Assembly (NCBI RefSeq): GCF_902459465.1
Contig: NC_047074.1
Span: 11,160,001 to 11,224,000 of the forward strand
Reading direction: 5' to 3'
Origin: Asterias rubens
Lineage: Eukaryota
Length of the DNA: 64,000 bases
The position numbers and the translations under genes were made by a program. Positions 54,565 through 64,000 of the stretch are shown here, in pieces; position 1 is the stretch's first letter; the number at the start of each line of letters is the position of its first letter. The notes below the pieces were generated by a model. It saw nothing but the letters and a program-made list of their open reading frames with translations. It made no database searches and had not been told where the DNA came from.

Positions 54565-57500
54565 TTAACACCCTAACAATCCATGGATTGCTCGTCAGAA
54601 GGTTTCTACAATGTACATAAAAAGCTTGCACCTAACCATGTTGACATAGCAATTGTTTCTATAGTCCTGGGAATTTAAATGTAAGTGGTAACTTGTGCTA
54701 TAAGCACGTCATTATTTTGCTCTATATAGGATTATATAACTGACAACTGACATACAGATCCTTGTCATTTGATTGGTGGAACTTCATGCGACATTCACTA
54801 CTACTCCTATCCGCACCGGCGATCAAAAAGACCTATTCGCCCATGAGGAATAGCATTTCCCATTCAACAGTTAGGATCATGCTTGTCCCCAATGTTTTTG
54901 AGCATTACAGCGCCGCCGCGCCGCTGCTAAAACGCTGATTAAAATCTAACTCGCAAATGACTGATTTATTTCACATTTATTCTCATACTGTCATAAACAA
55001 GGCATTACAGTTTATACACAATGGAATACCGAACAGAGTAGTGTAGGTTTTTACAGTAAAAGAAAATGAAGAATATGGAGGCCGATTTGATAAGCCGAGG
55101 CTTGTAGTAATCAGGCTGTGAACAGACAGAGGCAAGATAAACGGACAGAGGACGTACAACTAGGAACCAAACAACTTATACAATTAATAAGCATGATGTA
55201 GAAAATACCTGGCAAAGTAGTTGAAGGAACACGTTGCCTTGGATCGGTCGAGTTGGTATTTGAAAAGCGTTCGTAACCCTTTGTTGTAAAATGCATAATA
55301 TATGGGTAGGAAGCAGTTGTAAAAGTAGAATATAATGATCCACACAATTAATATGCCACGAAATTGCATGGTTTGCCCTTTTACCTCGTCGACTAATACG
55401 GTCGGCCATTGATTGGAGTCAAATTGTGGGCTTTCATAATAAAGGGCCGACTCTGTTTTAGTTCGCAAAGTAAAAGGAAAACCACGTAATTTTTGGGCAA
55501 ATTTGTGTGGATACTTATCCTACTTTAATTTAAAGCATCTTTTAAACAGTGTATTTTATAACAAACGGTTACAAACGCTTTTTGTAGACCAACTCGTCCG
55601 ATCCAAGGCAACATGTCCTTTTAATGAAAAAAAGTTATAACTCTTTCCGGTGTGGCAGGAGATTCTGTCACCCCGGATATCCTGTCCATTAATTAGGCGT
55701 ACTGTGTACAAACGTCTTTTGGTAGCGCCCTCTTTTGACTAACCCTCTTCCAGCCCGCGTTAATTTCCCATGGGACAGTTTCCCATTGGACAACGGCATA
55801 AACTGTATAATGCCGGAAAACTAAAACTAAAATCAATGTCTTTTACAGAGACTGTATGCAGTGACGAACCATTTCATGTTGCCAAGAGGGAAGGGGAACC
55901 ATTGAGTGGAGGGGCTCCAGCCCCTGTACCCCCTTGTGGTTGAGCCACTAAGAAAATCACACCACTTACCTGTTGCTACAGACAGTTCTGTCCAATTTTG
56001 AGTTCAGCTGTAGTTTGATTATGGTTCTGGTGAATTAACTGCACAATCTCCACATATCGGCATATACACGTGCAGATTTTATACAATATAACTCCTTTGG
56101 GGCTAACATTCTTGAGGAGCCACTATACAATTAAAAAGGGTACTTCAGTTGCAGTTGAAGAAACTCAGTACATTTGGCAGACAAACCATTGAAAACAGCG
56201 GCATGGATTAGCATCGCCACACTGTCAAAAGGTATGACAGATTAGTGGCGTGTATCCAACGGTTGACGTACCGTCACGTTCAAAGTGCACACAATCAAAA
56301 CACTCATATTGCAGGTTGAACAAACCCATCCAAACACGTTGCACCTTTTAGTGTTTATATATCTCTCAAAGAGACTTAGGTTTTATGGTTAAAATATATA
56401 GGGCACTGTTTCACCATGGAGGAAGGAAAAGAAGGAGTTCGAATGAAGGGACTTCAAAAGTCGAACCCGTGGTACCGCGGTCGTTTAACGACACCTGGTA
56501 ACCACCCACGTACCATTACACAAACAATGGGCGACCTGGCGTGTTAGTTTGCGCGTGCGCACTTGGTTCTTCACCAAACTATGGCGTCGTATGTCGTATG
56601 GGTATACTAGAGGAAAAACTACCCCTTTTTTAGATGCGATAATATTTTAGGACGCTACCTAAATGATGAACACAATTGAATACCAACCACCCTCGTGTGC
56701 TTGTACCCAAATCTTGATCCACCGCTAGTGACCGGAAAGTTGCAAAAAATGTAAAAATATGCTATGATATGTCCATGTAAACACCGTAAACGGTAAATGA
56801 AAACGTGTGTATTCACAATTCTTGTCTCCAATGATTCAACTTTACACGAAGGCAACGGTGCAGAGCGGCGGTACCGCATGTTCTGTACAAAGAGATCTAA
56901 TCCTGCTCGTTAATCGGCCGTACAGCTGGAGGTCTCCTATTTTTTCCCCCACTGGTCATCCCTGACAGGGGCATCGTCAAGGTATTCTTGTGTTACTCTG
57001 CGATTTTGGGGGTCGTTCGAGCTCCTTCCCTTCCTTCCTACATGGTTTAACTGTGTAGGAAACAGGTAGAATTACCAATATAAAGTTTGAATGGCGCCTA
57101 CTTCAATTTGCAACGTCAACCTTTGACTTCCATCAGTCTTCTCAAAATGTGTTTATTTGTTTGTTTGTTTGTTTCCATTCATACATTTGGTGACCCTCAG
57201 TTTGGTTTTAGGTCAAATAATTGGAAAAGAGGACTTTGCTTTCGCTATATCTCTGATAATATTTATTCTGCAAGTCTGCATCGTGAAAACAGCTCAATCT
57301 GAAGTAATGTAGTTTTTGAGACAGAAGTTTTTATTCACTGAAATGTTTTAATTGAATTCGAGACTTAGCTAGAGGTCTCAAATTCAAGGCATCTGAAGGC
57401 ACACATTATTCTCTCGCAATTTCGACGACCAATTGAGTTAAATTTTCACATGTTTGTTATTTTATGCTATGTTGACAATGCACAAAGTTCTAGCCAGACC

Positions 57501-58358
57501 AATTACGTTTTATTTAGGACGAGTTCGGACGTTTTGAGAACTATAGTTTGGTGTAACCCAGCCTTTACTAAAAAAGGTTGGCAGTGAGTTGGATAATAAT
57601 AACAATGCCAAAACTTATTACGCGTATACATCCGCCAATATAGTGCTCAAGACGCCTAAAATACGTGTGAACGTGGACATGAACTTCAGAAAACTGTGTC
57701 ATTAAAATCTCACGTTTTTAGCATACGCGAAGTTACAATTTTTTCACGTCAAGTACGTACGTCGTCATACGCTGAGCATGCAATAATCCCTATGTGGCGA
57801 CGTCAACTAGAAACAACACAACTTTGTTGACGTTCACTTTCACACGTATTTGCTCCTCACGTAACGTGCAGCTAAACCTCGCTTATATTACGATACAATA
57901 ACTTGCGAAAAACCCTGGTCTAGCTGTCTCTAGACGGGATAAACGTGCTACAAATGGACCCGGTCTACGGAAAGGCCGCCTTGTTTTTACTCCCACTACA
58001 TATCAATTTAAATGTCAGGCCTATTTACGAGTCATGCGGGGGAAAAACTAACTACTGGAGAGTTAATTGTTTGGTTACAAGGTATCTTTAGTGGCAGTAT
58101 GGGGTTTGGTTACACAATAGCAAAAACGACAGAAAAAAATAATTTTGAAAGAAAGCCCCAGAGCAAAACCACCCACCAGTTACAGGCTACCTCCCCTAAA
58201 GGCAGGTCGAGTTTTTGATTGGCCCCCAACGGCATAATTAGGATGTTGTCATAAACTGTGTGTTGGTCTGACAGCTTCTTTAAAGTCACCTGGAAATATA
58301 ATAAAACATAAGAGTATATGCTTACGAACAATAAAACAATTTTTTTAGTAATTGTTTG

Positions 58359-58875
58359 TGACGTCAAAAAATGTTTTTCTTCATTCAGCAGCAATACACC
58401 TGGTCGGCAATGCCGGAATTTTTTTTTTTTTTTTTTTTTGAAACGTACAAACTCACGACTTGGTCGGTATGTACTTTGCAATTGTGTTTACTCTACGCAT
58501 TACAGGCAAAGTCTGCCTCGATTGACGTCACGAACAGCGCCCTCTCGGGTCGGGGTCTACTCTTAAATTTGTAAATAACATAAGAACTGATTGTTTAAAA
58601 CCTTAGTTAACTGTTTATTCACATTCCACACATCAAAACACATATATTAGTGACAAAAGCTTTATTTTGAAAAAAATGCCACTTCCAGGTGACTTTAAAG
58701 AGCTCCCCAAACTTCACGTCTTATCTCCCGTGTGCATCAAGTCTTGTGTTGTACAGCAAGATCAGCGGCGTAACTAGACATTTTCGTTTGGTGGGGCAAG
58801 TGAGGGCAAAGATTATCTCCCGTGTGCATCAAGTCTTGTGTTGTACAGCAAGTACAAGATACCCACATGACGTCA
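58359..58875. promoter_or_regulatory. Cluster of three perfect CRE palindromes
   Basis: TGACGTCA at 58359-58366, 58523-58530 and 58868-58875. Confidence 0.4.
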
Positions 58876-60209
58876 CGAAGTTGCACAACTGTTGTAAACG
58901 GCACCCGGATAACGGATATTTTAACAAGCCATTTGCGTGTGAGAATTGAATAGTGTTTGGCACAATGATGTTCTGGATTGCAAGTTTCCACTTAAATTTG
59001 AATTCCTCCGACTATCGAGACAATTGCTGTTTCACATGATTAGGGGCAAACTTTTGCGTATAGTTACTTAAGAGACGGTGACCCTCAGCTGGCTCAGATG
59101 TACCATTCTAAATTTGCTCAGCCCAAGCGGTCAGTGGTCTATCCAGGACTGCTGGGATGGGTAATTCAACTTGCACATGTTCTTGTTCAGGAAGTACGTC
59201 ATGCGTGTAGGGGGATCGGTGCGAGTGTGATGAATGATGGGACTGAGCATGGACCAATGAGCTTGCTTGATACGTTTGCCCATCCCAGCGCCTTTGGTTA
59301 AGGCACGGCTCTGGGGCCCGGGACGAGCGAAAATTCTGAATTTATGTTTAGGCCTATGGTCGTGAGGTCGCTAGTATAGCAAAGGCTTGCCTCACACCAT
59401 TTTACATGGCAACTGTCTCTATAGTCTGAGGTACTAAGAAAGTCATTTTACCGGACACTATTGAAATCTATTCACTCGCAAGTGTCTTAGAACGCCTGCA
59501 AGTTAAAGACACTGACAACATTTGGTAATTGTCAAAGACCACTCTTCTCACCTGGTGAATCTCAACATATATGTATAAAATAGCAAACCTGTGAAAATAA
59601 TGTGCTCAATATTGGTCGTCGAAGTTGCGAAAAAAATAACGGACGAAAAAATACCTTTGTCGCGCCATTTGTGTCCTTTCAGTCATATGCTTGAGTTAAA
59701 TTCTGGTCATGAGTTGGGTCTGTCTGTAAACGGAATGAACGTTCTACAAACGGACCCGGTCCGGTGTTCTCACCTTCAACCAAATAACAGTTTCATATCC
59801 AAAAGGGAAACTGACATAATTTTAACATAGAAATGACAACATTCATTCAGTCGATTTCGAAGCTAAACAGACATTGTAGACACTGGACACTATTTGTAAT
59901 TGTCAAAGACCAGTCTTCTCACTTGGTCGTCGAAGTTGTGAGTTGATAATGAAAGAAAAAAAAAACATTGTTAGACAAAGTCGTGTGCTTTCAGATGCTT
60001 GATTTCGAGACCTCAAATTCAAAAATCTGAGGTTTCGAAATCAAATTCGTGGAAAATTATTTTTTTCTCAAAAACCTAAGTTACTTCAGAGGGAGGTTGT
60101 TCTCACAGTGTTTTATACTATCAGCATACCAAGTAAGTTTATGATGCTAAAAATTATTTTGAGTAATTACTAATAGTGTCCACTGCCTTTAACGCATATG
60201 AAAATATTG

Positions 60210-60470
60210 AAGGTACGAAGTGACTCGGCTGTCGGAACAAAGTGACTCAGATAATGGTTTAATATACTATACTTCGCTCTCGGCTCATGGTACGAAGTGA
60301 CCATTTTGGTTACGGTACGAAGTGTCCCGAAGGTACGAAGTAGCAATGGTACGACGTGTCTGACGTCTCAGATTACGGGATAACGGACACTTCGTATAAA
60401 CTTGCAAAAGGTCAAAGTGTCCCAAATTTACGAAGATGGTACGAAGTTTGTGTGACATTCCAAATGACGA
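60210..60470. repeat. Dispersed GGTACGAAGT subrepeat array (transposon subterminal type)
   Basis: About 7 ggtacgaagtg-like motifs and one inverted cacttcgta. Confidence 0.6.
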
Positions 60471-60685
60471 CCCGCGCGCACCACGTCTATAGTGCGTCCG
60501 TAGTACGGGAAGACTTGCGTGACGTCTAAAGAACGGAATTGCTCTATTAACAACCCCCTGTCCTGCCATCTAATAAAGGTACGCAATATTACGTTATGTG
60601 TGCCTCAATGACACCTGTCGTTCTGTTGTTAGTGCACTGGTACTCTCACTCCTTGACTACTGCAACTGCCTTCTCACGGACTTAA

Positions 60686-61063
60686 AGGCAGTGGACACTA
60701 TTGGTAATTACTCAAAATAATTATTAGCATAACACTTTTCTTTGTGACAAGTAATGGGGAGAGGTTGATGGTATAAAACATTGTGAGAAACGGCACCCTC
60801 TGAAGTGCCATAGTTTCCGAGAAAGAAGTAGTTTTCCACGAATTTGATTTCAAGACCTTAGATTTAGAACTTGAGGTCTCGAAATCAACCATCTAAACGC
60901 ACACACCTTCGTGTGATAAGGGTGTTTTTTCTTTCATTCATATCTCGCAAGTTCGATGACCGATTGAGCTCAAATTTTCACAAGTTTGTTATTTTATGTA
61001 TATGTTGAGATACACCAACTATAAAGGCTAGTCTTTGACAATTACCAATAGTGTCCACTGCCT
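60686..61063. mobile_element. TTAA MITE family K1, intact copy
   Basis: ttaa|aggcagtggacactattgg ... ccaatagtgtccactgcct|ttaa; 378 bp, very similar to 43989-44365. Confidence 0.85.
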
Positions 61064-61374
61064 TTAAGCAACACGGTCTCAACCGCTTTACAGAAACACC
61101 GAAACAAGGCCCTCGACTGATCCATAGAGGCCGAAGTATTTCCCTTGCCACTCCTCTGCTCACGGATCTCCATTGCCTTCCAGTCGAACAGTGGATCTCG
61201 AAGACGGCACTGAACATGTTCAACCCTGTACCAAACACTTTCAATGTAACGCTTGCACGAGCAATTGAATTTTACAGATAAAGGAAATGCTCGGGGCGGG
61301 GCAGGGATATTTCAATAGATTCTGCCTCTATTAAGTTAATAATCAAATGAATAGGAAACGCGTCAATGTGTTGT

Positions 61375-61581
61375 TAGTCTTGGTGCAAGACGTTTCTCGT
61401 TCCCTTTTCACGTACACCGCGGCCAAATCACCGACAGCGCGCGCACCGACTCACCTAACTTATAGTCCACTCACCGCCCCGGAGAAGTGACTATAAGTCA
61501 GGTGAGTCGGTGCGCGCGCTGTCGGTGAACTGGCCGCGGTGTGCGTGAAAAGGGAACGAGAAACGTCTTGCACCAAGACTA
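61375..61581. mobile_element. Non-autonomous Academ(H)-type hairpin MITE upstream of the GPCR
   Basis: TAG..CTA termini, ~90-bp near-perfect arms, perfect 9-bp TSD atgtgttgt (61366-61374 and 61582-61590). Confidence 0.85.
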
Positions 61582-61827
61582 ATGTGTTGTATGAACGGTC
61601 CACTATAATGGATACTGCGTCTTATAATAGAAACGAAGTCACGTGACACGCTCTTCTAATGTATAGTTTGTCACTTACACGCTGGCAAAAAAATACTTAT
61701 TTGTATATAAGGCGTGGGTACTCAACTAGAGTTATTCAAAAAGATCTATTGGTAAACGTGCTCCACTGTTTTCAAAGAAATCCTCTTAAAAACGAACACG
61801 TAAAACAACTTGAAGTATTACCTAAAA

Positions 61828-62775
61828 ATGGCCGAGGGAATCTTGGTTCTTCGGGTGATCAAGACCATTGTAGGGCTACTAGGCATTCTGGGCAATGCTC
61901 TCGTCTGTCTGGTCATCTACAAAGTGACATCAATGCATACCACTACTAACTACTTCATCTTCAACCAGGCTACTATAGACTTCCTCGGCTCTGTGATGCT
62001 CCTCTTAAGCAGCAACATACCAGTACCGGTGTTTCTCGCTGATAACCTCGGTGGCAACTTACTCTGTCGCCTCTGGATTTCAGATTTTTTCTTGTGGTCG
62101 TTTTTCACCTCTTCAACACTGAACCTGGTGTCCGTTACTTTCGAGAGATACGTCGCCATCGTGTTCCCGTTCCAGCACGGGGTAATCTACGGGACTGTCC
62201 CGGTCCGTATTCTGATCGCAGGGGTCTGGATCATCGGTATGGCAAGTAGCTTCTACGATATCGCTTTCTACGCTGTAATCTACGGGTCATGCCATTCCGT
62301 AAGCGTCCCGGGCTCGCAGGCTATCGGCGTCATGATCTTCCTCCTGCAGTACTTTCTCCCGGTGTGCGCTATGCTCTTCGCTTACGTCCACATCATGGTA
62401 GTGCTGAAGCGGAAAGCGGTGAGTGTGGGCCCGCAACCGGTTACGGTCAGCAGTGTTTCGCACCCGGTAGACACCATGGAGAGATCGCTTCTACGGGCCC
62501 GTCGCAACACCCTCAAGACCCTGGTGATCGTCTTCGCCACGTACGTCGGATGCTGGTCCATGAATGCCGTTGTGTTCTTCATGTTTAACTTCGGCTACCC
62601 GCTGGATTTCAACGGTGCTGTATACATCGTTTCGGTGGCACTGGTTGCGTCTAACTCGTGTCTGAATCCGTTCATCTATGCCGTTAAATACAGACAGTTC
62701 CGCCGCGGATTCAGAATAGTTTTTGGTCTGCCGGTTACCAATGAAGACTTTGGAAATTCATCAACTGCTAATTAG
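61828..62775 (+). CDS. Intronless class A (rhodopsin-like) orphan GPCR, galanin/allatostatin-receptor-like, 315 aa
   Basis: First ATG at 61828 (aaaATGG); seven hydrophobic segments; GN (TM1), D (TM2), C-ERY (TM3), W (TM4), P..Y (TM5), CW (TM6), NPFIY and FR (TM7/H8). TATA-like tatataag at ~61704. Confidence 0.93.
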   Translation: MAEGILVLRVIKTIVGLLGILGNALVCLVIYKVTSMHTTTNYFIFNQATIDFLGSVMLLLSSNIPVPVFLADNLGGNLLCRLWISDFFLWSFFTSSTLNLVSVTFERYVAIVFPFQHGVIYGTVPVRILIAGVWIIGMASSFYDIAFYAVIYGSCHSVSVPGSQAIGVMIFLLQYFLPVCAMLFAYVHIMVVLKRKAVSVGPQPVTVSSVSHPVDTMERSLLRARRNTLKTLVIVFATYVGCWSMNAVVFFMFNFGYPLDFNGAVYIVSVALVASNSCLNPFIYAVKYRQFRRGFRIVFGLPVTNEDFGNSSTAN

Positions 62776-64000
62776 TTGGTTGATAATGTACAGTGTTCAA
62801 AATAGTCAGTTTTGTAAATCTTTATCTTTGGATTTAATGTTGATGTTTTAAAACACTTGCCCTACACTTGTCCACTTTACACGCTGTCATGCAGAAGCTA
62901 CAATCGTAACGGGTGGCTCACCTTTAGTCACGTTTTGTAGCACTATTGTGAATTGTTAGTAACAATTGAATGCGACAATTAGTCAGCATCCTGCGGGCAG
63001 ATACATTTTAAAGGCGGCTATCATCCTCTTTGGTAATTTTGGTAATGGTTTTGTTTTTCTAAATTATGTCTACAACACCATGTATAATGGTTATTAGCTA
63101 TGGAATCAACATTGCAAATGAGGTAGAGACGTTTTCCTATACTGCACACTGTGTATGGCGTTTGAGTATAGTATTTAAAGACAGTATACACTGTTGGTAA
63201 TTGTCAAAGACTAGCCTTCACAGTTGGTGTATTTCAACATGTGCATAAAATAACAAACCTGTGAAAATTTGAGCTCAATCGGTCATCGAACTTGCGAGAT
63301 AATAATGAAAGAAAAAAACACCCTTGTCACCTGAAGTTGTGTGCGTTTAGATGGTTGATTTCGAGACCTCAAGTTCTAAATCTGAGGTCTCGAAATAAAA
63401 TTCGTGGAAAATTACTTCTTTAAGGTTTTATGCTCATAATTATGTTGAGTAATTACCAATAGTGTTCACTGCCTTTAAAAGTATGATGGCATCGCAAGAA
63501 TACACACCCAATAGAAGGGCCACTGCTGATATTTAAACTACCGTAGACAATTGACTTCAGTTGCAATAACATCAGTTCAAGTTCTTATAGATTTGGATCA
63601 AACATGTATAAAGCATTAAGAGAGATAGCTCAGTCATTTTCGCGTTGTTTCAAAAGCAAGTTAACCGCTTCAGTTGAACCAAAGACCACGAAGGGAGCGA
63701 TACAGTACTTATCACGAATGTTTGTTTCTTCTTCTTTTCAATAATGGTTGAAAGACAAACAATCATGACAAAAGATAGGTCAACGTCAAGTTTAGAATGA
63801 TTTGAAGAAAGGAAGAGAGGGGTGGACGGTAGATTAGAAAAACTGATAAATGACAATTAAAGGCCAACCATAAAACTCCAATGTAATCAAACGAAAGACT
63901 TTGATCTCGAAGGCAATCGAGGGTTGTCAACGGCTCTTTGAGGTGGAATATTATGAACAGGACTATGACATGAAAGCATTACAATTGGCAAACGTCCTCC

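Noticed and set aside
59130-59282. 50-aa minus-strand ORF MGKRIKQAHWSML...
   Set aside because: No splice, promoter or homology support visible; the length is within chance expectation.
61659-61949. 96-aa plus-strand ORF overlapping the GPCR start as a uORF
   Set aside because: Its ATG lies upstream of the TATA-like box at ~61704, so it is probably not in the transcript.

Overview
AT-rich, intron-containing animal genomic DNA, most likely an echinoderm (probably a sea star). This is inferred from the gene set, the intronless galanin-receptor-like GPCR and the repeat landscape. Nine protein-coding genes were assembled by hand from GT-AG exons that join in frame: PIN4 (-), GPALPP1 (+), GPR180 (-), CCDC160-like (+), an unnamed Pro/Gln/Tyr-rich protein with a Gly-rich hydrophobic segment and His/Gly tail (-), a PLEKHB/evectin-like PH protein lacking its C-terminal anchor (+), an unnamed 55-aa two-exon microprotein (-), a laccase-type multicopper oxidase (-) and an intronless class A GPCR (+). 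Introns and intergenic DNA are dense in non-autonomous DNA transposons (TTAA Kolobok-like, Harbinger-like, TA-site and TAG..CTA Academ-like MITEs), tRNA-derived SINEs, one CR1 LINE fragment and several minisatellites. There is one assembly gap (3913-4079). No tRNA, rRNA or CRISPR was found. The most interesting observations are: (1) a head-to-head gene pair that appears to carry the two halves of the evectin architecture; (2) two unrelated genes whose last codons and stop codon form the first unit of a 3' minisatellite; (3) a CRE-preceded microprotein with a calmodulin-binding-like helix; (4) an Academ-type MITE whose 9-bp target duplication copied a laccase splice donor. Homology calls come from remembered family motifs, not database searches.
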